Origin: Squalus acanthias
Lineage: Eukaryota
DNA length: 64,000 nt
Direction of reading: 5' to 3'
Assembly: GCA_030390025.1 (NCBI GenBank)
Contig: CM059431.1
Location: 94,862,001-94,926,000, forward strand
Shown in pieces: positions 1 through 11,110 of this stretch. Each line of letters begins with the position of its first letter. Within the stretch, counting starts at the first letter, position 1. The notes under the pieces were generated by a model. It had not been told where the DNA came from, ran no database searches, and was given only the letters and a program-made list of their open reading frames with translations. The position numbers and the translations under genes were made by a program.

Positions 1-355
1 GGTCAGCCCGGCACTCCTCTTGAGTGCCAGCCTCTTTTGCCGGCACCCCACACCCTGGTGGTCCAGCAGGGCCCCGGTGTGTGCTGCGCTTGGCCCCTCC
101 CCTTTAATCGGGGAGGGAGGCCTGCAATACCGCGGCGCTACGTGCCGATGTGTGTGGCGCTGCGGCACGTAATGCTGTGATATTCAATGGGAGTGCCCCA
201 AGAGGGAGGGGGAGCGCTTCCAGTAGTGCCCCGCCTCCTGCTTGGGGCGCGACCATTCAATTTACGGCGCGGGGGCGCTAACATTTTTGGGGCGTTAAAA
301 GTACCACCCCGGCGAAGTTAGCGCCCCAAAGGGGGCGCGAGCCAATTTTTCCTCC
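1..355. mobile_element. Right end of a PIF/Harbinger-type element, cut by the window edge
   Basis: Ends in CAATTTTTTCCTCC, similar to the TIRs of the Harbingers below; carries TTAGCGCC/GGCGCTA subterminal motifs and CCCTCCCCTTTAA; resembles 5320-5440. Confidence 0.65.
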
Positions 356-800
356 TGTATCTTTAGTCATCCAGGAAGCTCTAGCTTTAGCTACCACACT
401 CCCTCCCCCACCCCCCCTTTTCCCTTTGTGGGCTGGATCTAATCTGTACCCAAACCAGCTCCTCTTTGAAGGCCTCCCATTGCACATTTACTTTTTCACC
501 TGTCAATTTTTGATTCCAACCCACCTGGGCCAGCTCCCTTTTGAACTCACTGAAATTAGCCCTTCTCCGCTTTATTAATTTTATGTTTGATTTTTCCTTG
601 TCCTTTTCCATAACTACTCTAAACCTAATGATATTGTGATCACTGTTTTCCAAATGCTCTCCCACTGAAACATGCTCCACTTCATTCCCCAGAACTAGAT
701 CCAGCTCTGCTTCCTTCCTTGTTGGGCTGGAAACATATGATTAAGAAAATTGTCTTGGGCACATTTCAGGAATTCCTCTCCCTTGTTGCCCTTTACACTG

Positions 801-1172
801 TGTAACAGAGTGAGAGAGGGATGATGTGTGGGCCATCGGCTTTTGATAGCTCTGTATCTGTGATAGGGGTACGACTTATTAAAGTTGTATCAAATGTCAG
901 AATGACCAAGTCAAGGTGGTATAGCTTTAAGAAATTATTGACATTAATTGCCTTTAATCAGGAACAACTCCCAGCCTGTAAGGAAAAAAGGCAGGGAAAT
1001 AGTTCAGTTGGGGAGAGGAAGGAACTGAGAGTGAGAAGGTGTAGGCTGGAAAGGAGTCCCTGTTACTGTTTTGTTCATCAACTGCTGTGGGTGAATAAAC
1101 CTCACTTGTTTTGAGCTCTAGTCTGCGTGGCTAATTGACCACTGGGTCACGGGCCTGCTTCAGCTTGTTACA
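801..1172 (+). mobile_element. Solo LTR, 372 bp
   Basis: TGTAAC...GTTACA termini; flanks ACTG (797-800) and ATTG (1173-1176) form a near-perfect 4-bp TSD; AATAAA near 1094; interrupts the CR1. Confidence 0.75.
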
Positions 1173-1310
1173 ATTGTTATTTCCCCAGTCTATATTAGGA
1201 TAATTGAAATCCCCCATTATCACTACTCTATTGTTCTTGCATCTTTCTGAAATTTGCCAGCAAATTTGCTCCTCAATCTCTTCCCACTATTTGCTGGCCT
1301 ACAGTATACA

Positions 1311-1387
1311 AAATTGAGAGGTCGCACAACACCAGGTTATAGTCCAACAGTTTTATTTGAAATCACAAGCTTTCGGAGCTATCATGA
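1311..1387 (-). mobile_element. Penelope-like terminal fragment carrying the 3' half of a hammerhead motif
   Basis: Reverse complement matches 9790-9855; flanked by 13-bp direct repeat CCTACAGTATACA (1298-1310, 1388-1400). Confidence 0.75.
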
Positions 1388-1523
1388 CCTACAGTATACA
1401 CCCAGCAGTGTTACAGCTCCTCTTCTATTCCTTAACTCTAACCAAAATAGATTTTGTCTTTGAATCCTCAAGTACATCATCCCTTACCAGGGCTGTAACG
1501 GTATTTTTGATCAATATTGCCAC

Positions 1524-1676
1524 CAATGTTCCCTGTAAACTGTGCTTTGTTTTGCGCGGCCTGTTTCTTTTAATGCGCAGTCCCTTTAAATTTCTGTGCA
1601 TGCTCGGTATTTACAATGTAAAAGCTGGTGAGCGGCCTGCACGGGACCTTTACCATTACTGCACGAGGGAATATTG
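1524..1676. mobile_element. hAT-type MITE, 153 bp
   Basis: TIRs CAATGTTCCC...GGGAATATTG; perfect 8-bp TSD ATTGCCAC (1516-1523, 1677-1684). Confidence 0.85.
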
Positions 1677-2764
1677 ATTGCCACCTACTCCTTTTTTTCC
1701 TTCCCTATTTTTGCTGAATACATTGTAGCCAGGAATATTTAGTGCCCATTCCTCCCCTTGTTAGAGCCAGGTATTCATTATTACCATTATATCATGATCC
1801 CGATTGGCAACTTGTACCTTAAGCTCACCAACCTTCTTTGCGACACTCTGTGCATTTATCCCATGCACTGCAAACCCACCTTGGTCTGTCTTTTATTTCT
1901 CCTCTGTCTGATCACTCTTTCTGGACTATTATTTATTTGAACGCTGTTTGTCTCTCCCAATCCTCTGTGTACCTTGTATCTCCTCTCTAATGCTTCATCC
2001 TGGTGCTAAATTAGTTTAAACCTTCCCCAACAGCACTAGTTAACCTCCTCGCGAGGACATTGGTCCCAGCCCTGTTGAGGTGCAAACAGTCCGTCTTTTA
2101 CGGGTCCCTCCTGCCCCAGAACTGGTCCCAATGCCCCTGGAATCTGAAGTCCTCCCTCCTGCACGATTTCTCCAGCCACGCATTAACCTGATTTGTCTTG
2201 CTGTTCTGTACTCACAAGTGTGGAGTAATCCAACTACTTTTGAGGTCCTATTTTTTAGCTTCCTCCCTAGTTGCTGAATCTCTGTCTGTAAGACAAAAAC
2301 TCTTTTCTTTCCTGTGTCATTTGATCGAATATGGACCACGACTTCTGGCTGTTCCATTTCCTCTGTTCAGTGATGTCCTTTACCCAGGTATCAGGGAGGG
2401 AACACACTATACGGGACTCACATTGGCGGTTGCAGAAACACCTGTCTATCCCCCCCTGACTATTGGATCCCCTATAACAGCTGCATTTCTACACTCAGCT
2501 GTGACCCCTGTGCAGTCATTTGCCCCATGATGCTGTGGATGTGCTCTGGACTGTACTCGTTTGAGGTGTTGTCACCCATAAGTACTGAAGGATCGGGTTG
2601 ATCAAAGATACTGTTCAAGCCCTGGAAAGGGATAATGTGCTTGAGGGTTCAAAGCGTTGTGAATGCCACACTTCCGGAGGATTCCTGCAATGCTTGTCTC
2701 TTCTTCCTACTCTGTCCTCTTGGACTCTCTGTGATTGTGGGATGGCCACCTCCTGGAATGTCCT

Positions 2765-3222
2765 GTGTACGGTTTTGGTCTCCTTGCCTAAGGAAGGATA
2801 TACTTGCCTTAGAGAGAGTACAACGAAGGTTCACTAGACTGATTCGTGGGATGGGGGGATTGTCTGATGAGGAGAGATTGAGCAGCCTAGGCCTATATTC
2901 CCCAGAGTTTAGAAGAATGAGAGGTGATCTCATTGAAACATATAAAATTCTTAAGGGGCTTGACAGGGTAGATGCAGGGAGGATGTTTCCCCTGGCTGGG
3001 GAGTCTAGAACCAGGGCTCACAGTCTCAGAATAAGTGGTCGGCCATTTAGGACTGATATGAGGAGAAATTTCTTCACTCTGAGGGTGGTGAATGTTTGGA
3101 ATTCTCTACCCCAGAGGGCTGTGGAGGCTCAGTCGTTGTGTATATTCAAGACAGAGATCGATAGATTTTTGAATATTAAGGGAATCAAGGGCTATGAGGA
3201 TAGTGCAGGAAAGTGTATAGAA
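2765..3222 (+). mobile_element. CR1 LINE 3' fragment
   Basis: LERVQRRFTRLI...RRMRGDLIETYKIL...NFFTLRVVNVWNSLP. Confidence 0.9.
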
Positions 3223-3224
3223 GC

Positions 3225-4832
3225 ATAGAAGATAGTAGCAGGAGTAGGCCATTCGGCCCCTCGAGCCTGCTCCGCCATTTAATGAGATCATGGCTGATCA
3301 TCCAAATTCAGTACCCTATCCCTGCTTTCTCCCCATATCCCTTGATCCCTTTAGCCAAAAGAAATATATCTATCTCCTTCTTGAATATATTTAATGAATT
3401 GGCCTCAACTGCCTTCTGTGGTAGAGAATTCCACAGGTTCACCACTCTCTGGGTGAAGAAATTCCTCCTCATCTCAGTCCTAAATGGCTTACCCCTTATC
3501 CTTAGACTGTGACCTCTGGTTCTGGACTCCCCCCATCTTCCTGCATCTAGTCTGTCTAGTCCTGTTAGAATTTTATAAGTTTCAATGAGATCCCCTCTCA
3601 TTCTTCTAAACTCTAGCGAATATAAGCCTAATCGACCCAATCTCTCTTCATACGTCATTCCTGCCATCCCAGGTATCAGTCTGGTAAATCTTCGCTGCAC
3701 TCCCTCCATGGCAAGAACATCCTTCCTCAGATAAGGCGACCAAAACTGCACACAATACTCAAGGTGTGGTCTCACCAAGGCCTTGTACAACTGCAGCAAG
3801 ACATCCTTGCTCCTGTACTCGAATCCTCTTGCTATGAAGGCCAACATACCATTTGCCTTCTTAACCGCCTGCTGCACCTGCATGCTTACCTTCAGCGACT
3901 GGTGCACAAGGACTCCCAGATCTCGTTGCACTTCTCCTTTTCCCAATCTATTGCCATTCAGATAATAATCTGTCTTCCTGTTTTTGCCACCGAAGTGGAT
4001 AACCTCGCATTTATCCACATTATACTGCATCTGCCCAATCACCCAACCTGTCCAAATCATACTGGAGTTTCTCTGCATCCTCCTCACAGCACACACGCCC
4101 ACCCAGCTTTGTGTCGTCTGCAAACTTGGAGATATTACATCTAGTTCCCTCGTCTAGATCATTAATATATATTGTGAATAGCTGGGGTCCTAGCACCGAT
4201 CCCTGCGGTACCCCACTAGTCACTGCCTGCCACTCGGAAAAAGACCCGTTTATTCCAACTCTTTGCTTCCTGTCTGCCAACCAGTTCTCTATCCAAATCA
4301 GTACCTTACCCCCAATCCCATGTGCTTTAACTTTGCACGCTAATCTCTTATGTGGGTCCTTATCGAAAGCCTTCTGAAAGTCCAAATACACCACATCCAC
4401 TGTTTCTCCCTTATCTATTCTACCAGTTACATCCTCCAAAAATTCCAGTAGATTAGTCAGGCATGATTTCCCTTTTGTAAATCCATGTTGACTTTGTCCG
4501 ATCCTGTCACTGTTTTCCAAGTGCTCTGCTATTACATCTTTTATAATGGACTCTAGCATTTTCCCCACTACCGATGTCAGGCTTATCGGTCTATAATTTC
4601 TCTACCACCTTTTTAAAATAGTGGGGTTACATTAGCTACCCTCCAATCCATGGGAACTGTTCCAGAGTCTATAGAATTTTGAAAGATGACCAGCAATGCA
4701 TCTACTATTTCTAGGGCCACTTCCTTAAGTACCCTAGGATGTAGATTATCAGGCCCTGGGGATTTATCGGCCTTCAATCCCGTCAATTTCCCCAACACCA
4801 TTTCCCTACAAATACTGATTTCATTCAATTCC
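3225..4832 (-). mobile_element. CR1 LINE: RT, C-terminal domain and 3' UTR (frameshifted)
   Basis: [23 protein letters not shown] and FADDTK motifs in ORFs 4020-4568 and 3308-4123. Confidence 0.95.
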
Positions 4833-5065
4833 TGAGGTAGAAGATCAGCCATGATCTTACTGAATGATGGAGCAGGCTCAAAGGGCCGAATGGCCTACTC
4901 CTGCTCCTATTTCTTAAGTTCTTATGTTCTTATGTGCGATCCAAGAATCTTTCAGCCTCCCATATGCCCTGCAGTGACTCCAGCCAATCCTCAAATTCGA
5001 AAGCCTGAGCTCGAGCTCGAGCAGCCGAAGGCACTTCCTGCACACACGGTAGTTCAGGACACTTT

Positions 5066-5460
5066 GGGTGCTAAATTCGGTTGATTTGCGCCTCCCGTTA
5101 GCACCCTAAGAGGGCGGGACGCTATGTCCACCGGGGTCAGGGGGGCCTACCTGCAGCTGGGGCAGTGCAAATTAAAGGGGAGGTGGCGGGCGGCCATTTT
5201 TGTCTTGGCTGCCCGCCAGCACCTGCCCCCGTTGTTGTCCCCGGCCCCTGTGAAGCCCCCCGCGGGGTGCCGGCACTCCCGATCTCTGGTGGCCCAGCTG
5301 AGCGCTGGGACGCGCTGCGCCAGGCCCCTCCCCTTTAATAAGGGGAGGAAGGTCTGCAGTACCATGGCGCGACGTGCCGCAGCGCATGTTATTGGCTTGC
5401 AGAGCCCCAAGAGGGACGCGGGGCACTACCTGGGAAAATCGGCCGTGTCCTGGAATTTCC
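5066..5460. mobile_element. Harbinger-derived non-autonomous fragment
   Basis: GGGTGCTAAATTCGGTTG...GCGCCTCCCGTTAGC start resembles 26862 and 52755. Confidence 0.6.
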
Positions 5461-5519
5461 ACATAGCACAGGATATGCAGGAAAGTGGGAATTTAGAGCT
5501 TGAAATAAATTTGAATCAT

Positions 5520-6398
5520 TGAAATTCCAGTATGATTTGGACAGGTTGGGTGATTGGGCAGATGCATGGCAAATGCAGTATAATGTGGATAAATGCGAGG
5601 TTATCCACTTCGGTGGCAAAAACAGGAAGACAGATTATTATCTGAATGGCAATAGATTGGGAAAAGGGGAAGTGCAACGAGACCGGGGTGTCCTTGTGCA
5701 CCAGTCGCTGAAGGTAAGCATGTAGGTGCAGCAGGCGGTTAAGAAGGCAAATGGTATGTTGGCCTTCATAGCGAGAGGATTCGAGTATAGGAGCAAGGAT
5801 GTCTTGCTGCAGTTGTACAGGGCCTTGGTGAGACCACACCTTGAGTATTGTATGCAGTTTTGGTCACCTTATCTGAGGAAGGATGTTCTTGCCATGGAGA
5901 GAGTGCAGCGAAGATTCACCAGACTGATACCTGGGATGGCAGGGATGACATATGAGGAGAGATTGGGTCGATTAGGCTTATATTCGCTGGAGTTCAGAAG
6001 AATGAGAGGGGATCTCATTGAAACTTATAAAATTCTAACAGGGCTAGACAGAGTAGATGCAGGAAGGATGTCCCCGATGGCGGGGGAGTCCAGAACCAGG
6101 GGTCACAGTCTAAGGATATGGGGTAAGCCATTTCAGACTGAGATGAGGAGGAATTTCTTCACCCAGAGAGTGGTGAACCTGTGGAATTCTCTACCACAGA
6201 AGGCAGTTGAGGCCAATTCATTAAATATATTCAAGAAGGAGTTAGATATATTTCTTAAGGCTAAAGGGATCAAGGGATATGGGGAGAAAGCAGGGACAGG
6301 GTACTGAATTTGGATGATCAGCCATGATCTCATTAAATGGCGGAACAGGCTCGAGGGGCCGAATGGCCTAATCCTGCTCCTATCTTCTATGTTTTCTA
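5520..6398 (+). mobile_element. CR1 LINE 3' portion with 3' UTR
   Basis: ORF 5726-6307; closely similar to 3225-4070 in the opposite orientation. Confidence 0.95.
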
Positions 6399-6924
6399 TC
6401 AGACAATTTGTATTAAGTAACTTTGAATTAAGAGCAGCAGGATATATTAAAATGTGTCTGCCCATACCACTAGCACAGACTCAATTTTTGAGGTGATGTT
6501 CTCATCTGCGGCAGCTTACTGTAATGTCCTGCACCAGGGGAGAGGGAGGGCCTCACAAAATTGGAGCCAAGATGTAACTAGGTCTTAAAAAAGACCCTCA
6601 TGACTCATGATTGTAGCTGAGCTCCAATCACAGCTCACTACAAATCCAAAGTTGTACTTGTTTCTAGTTTGATTTTTTACTCTTTCTCTCCACGCCAATA
6701 AATTCCATCAGAAAAAAGCAACTTTGTTTTGCTCATGGCTCTGGAATGTTGGCAAGGCACACATTACTTGCATTAGTATCGTGCAGAAGAATGCTGCTCT
6801 TTATGTGAAATAAAACAGGCAGCTGCACAGACCAAGGTTTTTTCACTATTTGGAAACCGTCTTTTGATGTTCTCCATTGAAAATGTATTAATTGAATTTC
6901 TGAATAAGTTTTACATTTTTTTAA

Positions 6925-7165
6925 ATTTACTCTATCCTGTCAATTCCTTTAAAAATCCTAAAAACCCCAATCAAATCACCACTTAACCTTCTATATTCCA
7001 GGGAATACAAGCCTAGTTTACATAATCTCTGCATAATCTTGAAGCCCTGGTAACATTTTGGTGTATCCTGCTTGCATTCCTTCCAAGGCAAATATATCCT
7101 TTCTAAGGTGTGGTGCCCAGATCTGTACACAGTACTCCAGATGTGGTCTAACTAGGGCTTTGTTT
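6925..7165 (-). mobile_element. Decayed CR1 fragment
   Basis: LGLYSLEYRRLSGDLI.VF. Confidence 0.8.
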
Positions 7166-7194
7166 GGTTCAGCAAAAATGCCTCCCCTTTATTT

Positions 7195-7715
7195 TTTTAA
7201 ATTCATTCATGGGATGTGGGCGGCACTGGCAAGGCCAGCATTTATTGCCCAACCCTAATTGCCCTTGAGAAGGTGGTGGTGAGCCGCCTTCTTGAACCGC
7301 TGCAGTCCAAGTGGTGAAGGTACTCCCATAGTGCTGTTAGGAAGGGAGTTCCAGGATTTAGACCCAACAACTATGAAGGATCGCCGATATATTTCCAAGT
7401 CAGGATGGTGTGTGACTTGGAGGGGAACGTGGAGCTGGTGGTGTTCCAATGCGCCTGCTGCTCTCATCCTTCTAGGTGGTAGAGGTCGCGGGTTTAGGAG
7501 GTGCTGTTGATTAAGCCTTGGCGAGTTGCTGCAGTGCATTTTGTAGATGGTACACACTGCAACCACATTGCACTGGTGGTGGAGGGAATGAATGTTTAAG
7601 GTGGTGGATGGGGTGCCGATCAAGCAGGCTGCTTTGTCTTAGATGGTGTCGAAAATCTTGAGTGTTGTTGGAGCTGCACTCATCCAGGCAAGTGGAGCGT
7701 ATTCCATTACATTCC
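7195..7715 (-). mobile_element. 3' end of a second LINE family (CR1/L2 group)
   Basis: Matches 19020-19522 (YKMHCSNSPRL...SWNSLP) with tail GGGCAATAAATGCTGGCCTTGCC plus poly-A. Confidence 0.85.
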
Positions 7716-7727
7716 TTGTATTTGGTC

Positions 7728-8972
7728 ATCAGAACATAGGAACAGGAGTAGGCCATTGAGCCCCTCGAGCCTGTTCCGCTATTCAATGAGATCATGGCTG
7801 ATCTGCGACCTAACTCCATACACCCACCTTTGACCCATATCCCTTAATATCTTTAGTGAACAAAAAGCTATCAATTTAAAATCAACAATTGATCTAGCAT
7901 CAATTGCCGTTTGCGGAAAACAGTTCCAAACTTCTACCACCCTTTGTGTGTAGAAGTGTTTCCTAATTTCACTCCTGAAAGGTCTGGCTCTAATTTCTAG
8001 AAAACGCCCCCTGTCCTAGAATCCCCAACCAGCAGAAATAATTTCTCTCTATCTACCCTATCTATTCCCTTAATATCTTGAAAACTTCGATCAGATCGCC
8101 CCTTAACCTTATAATTCTAGGAAATACAACCCTAATTTGTGTAGAGTCTCCTTGTCAAATTTGTTGTCTTAAAATACTCCTGTGCAGCGCTTTGGGACGT
8201 TTTACTAAGTTAAAGGCACTATATAAATACAAGTTGTTGTTTTAACTTAACCCTTGAAGTCCGGGTATCATTCTGGTAAACCTACGCTGCACTCCCTCCC
8301 AACCCAATATATCCTTCCTAAGGTGTGGTGCCCAGAACTGCTCACAGTACTCCTGGTCTAACCAGGGTATTGTATAGCTGCAGCATAACTTCTACCCCCT
8401 TGTAGTCTAGTCCTCTAGATAGAAAGGCCAGCATTCCATTCGTCTTTTTAATTATTTTCTGTATCTGTTCATGACATTTTAATGATCTACGTACCTGGAC
8501 CCCCCAAGTCTTTTTGACCTCCACTGTTTTAGCTTTTCACCATTTAGAAAGTACCCTGTTCTATCCTTTTTAGGTCCAAAGTGGATGGCCTCACATTTGC
8601 CTACATTGAAATCCATTTCCCACAGTTTTGCCCATTCACTTAATCTATCAATATCCCCTTGTAATTTTATGCTTTCATCTACACTGCCCACAAAGCCGCC
8701 TATCTTTGTGTCATCGGCATATTTGGATATATGACTTTCTATGCCATCATCTAAGTTGTTAATAAATACTGTGAATAGCTGAGGCCCCAACACAGATCCC
8801 TGCAGGACACCACTGGACACAGATCCCTGCAGGACACCTCCTGCCAATTTGAGTGCCTACCCATTATCCCTACTGCCTGTCTCCCACCGCTCAGACTCTT
8901 TCTGAACCATGTCAATAATTTGCCCTCAATTCCGTGGGCTTCCACCCTAGTTAGCAGCCTCTTATGTGGTAC
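7728..8972 (-). mobile_element. CR1 LINE 3' half, with an L2/SINE-type tail inserted at ~8155-8242
   Basis: [16 protein letters not shown]; 3' UTR at 7728-7810. Confidence 0.85.
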
Positions 8973-9186
8973 AGTAATCATGGGGACTTTTATCTACATT
9001 TAGACTGGGCAAACCAAATTTGCAGTGATAGCGTGGAGGACGAATTCATGGCATGTATACACAATAGTTTTCTAGATCAGTATGTTGAGGAACCAACTAG
9101 GGAACAGGCTATTTTAGATCAAGTATTGTGCAATGAGAAAGGGTTAATTAATAACCTTGTAGTAAAGGGGCCTTTAAAGAGTGACC

Positions 9187-9855
9187 TGATTGAGGCCGTC
9201 CTCATGGGTGCGGAACTTGGCTATCAGTTTCTGCTCGACGATTTTGCGTTGTTGTGTGTCTCGAAGGCCGCCTTGGAGAACGCTTACCCGAAGCAGAGTC
9301 TCTCAGCGTAGTCTGTGTTGTATGTCGACTTGAGTGGGTTCGTGATCTGTAGTCCTTTCGGGATCTTGTCTGCTTTCTTGCATCTCGGTAGAAACGGCCT
9401 CAACCGGGATCTTGGGTTCATGTCACGCTACATGTAACCCCACCTGACGTAGAGTCATCCAGACTCGAGTCGTCGTTGGCTTGTTCTCTCTACACAGATG
9501 CGGCCGGACCTGCTGTGATTTCCAGCAAAAAAAGTTTTTTGTTTTCCATACCGACCCCAGCATCTGCCACATTTGACCCCTTGTGACCCCACCTCATTGT
9601 CTTTGATGTAATGTTTTCCTGACTGACCTGTTTGGACACCATCCACACCTTTGATTGTCGTGATTATCTCTCTGCCGAGGTGTGATAAAGGGCAGTTAGA
9701 AAGATTAACTGTAATCATCTGGCAGTGTTCTCTGACTATATATGCTGTGTCTATATGCATCTCTTCACTTCACCTGACGAAGGAGCAGCGCTCCGAAAGC
9801 TTGTGATTTCAAATAAAGCTGTCGGACTATAACCTGGTGTTGTGCGACTTCTCAC
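9187..9855. mobile_element. Rearranged Penelope-like element (PLE) fragment
   Basis: Minus 9187-9294 translates to LRVSVLQGGLRDTQQRKIVEQKLIAKFRTHEDGLN (GIY-YIG C-terminus); minus 9295-9393 to FLPRCKKADKIPKGLQI (PLE N-terminus-like); plus 9396-9437 to GLNRDLGFMSRYM*, followed by a 3' region with a hammerhead. Confidence 0.8.
9770..9806 (+). ncRNA. Minimal type I hammerhead ribozyme motif
   Basis: TCAC-CTGACGA-AGGAGCAGCGCTCC-GAAA-GC-TT-GTGA: intact CUGANGA and GAAA core, stem I TCAC/GTGA, stem II GGAGC/GCTCC, palindromic AAGCTT stem III. Confidence 0.8.
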
Positions 9856-11110
9856 AGTATAATTAAAGACATAGTACTGGAGAAATTAATGGGACTAAGT
9901 GGCGACAAATCCACTGGACCTGACGACCTGCATCCTAGATTTTTAAAAGAGGTAGCTGCAGAAATAGTGGATGCACTGTTATTAATCTTCCAGAAATCCC
10001 TAGATTCTAGAGCAGTCCCCAAGGACTGAAAGGTAGCAAACATAACCCCGCTATTTAAGAAAGGAGGAAGGGAAAAAATGGGGAACTTTAGGCCAGTTAG
10101 CCTGACATCAGTAGTAGGCAAAATGCTAGAATCTATTATTAGGGACGTGGTAACAGGGCACTTAGAAAATCGTAATATGATTAGGCAGAGTCAACATGGT
10201 TTTATGAAAGGGAAATCGTGTTTGACAAATCTGTTTGAAATTTTTGAAGATGTAGCTAATAGGATGGATAAGGGGGAACCAGCGGATGTCGTGTATTTGG
10301 ATTTTCAAAAAGCATTCGATAAGGTGCCACACAAGAGGTTATTACACAAAATTAGGACTCATGGCGTTGGGGGGTAATATATTAGCATGGATTGAGGATT
10401 GGTTAATGGACAGAAAACAGAGAGTAGGAATAAACGGGTCATTTTCAGGTTGGCAGGCTGTAACTAGCAGGGTACTGCAAGGATCAGTGCTTATGCCTCA
10501 TCTATTTACAATCTATATTAATGACTTAGATGAAGGGACTGAGTGTAATGTATCCAAGTTTGCTGATGGTACAAAGTTAGGTTGGAAAGTAAGCTGTGAG
10601 GAGGATGCAAAGAGGCTGCAGAGAGATATAGACAGGTTGACTGAGTGGGCAAGAATATGGCAAATGGATTACAATGTGGGGAAGTGTGAAGTTATCCACT
10701 TGGTAGGAAAAACATAAAAGCAGAATATTTTTTGAATGATGAGAGACTGGGAAATGTTTACACTCAGAGGGACCTGGGTGTCCTTGTACATGAATCACAG
10801 AAAGTTAACATGCAGGTACAGCAAGCAATTAGGAAAGCAAATGGTATGTTAGCTTTTGTTACAAAGGGATTAGAGTATAGAGTAAAGAAGTCTTACTACA
10901 ATTATACAGGGCATTGGTGAGGCCACACCTGGAGTACTGTGGACAGTTCTGGTCTCCTTACCTAAGGAAAGACATACTTGCCTTAGAGGGAGTGCAGCGA
11001 AGGTTCGCTAGACTGGTTCCTGGGATGAGGGGATTGCCCTATGAGGAGAGATTGAGTAGACTATTCCTTAGAGTTTAGAAGAATGAGAGGTGATCTAATT
11101 GAAACACTGA

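Larger units (their letters stand above)
356..2580 (-). mobile_element. Decayed CR1-clade LINE (ORF1 esterase part and ORF2 endonuclease region) with three nested insertions
   Basis: ORF 387-680 has SDHNIIRF (APE C-terminus); ORF 2040-2357 has EQPEVVVHI.SND (SGNH-type CR1 ORF1). Confidence 0.85.
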
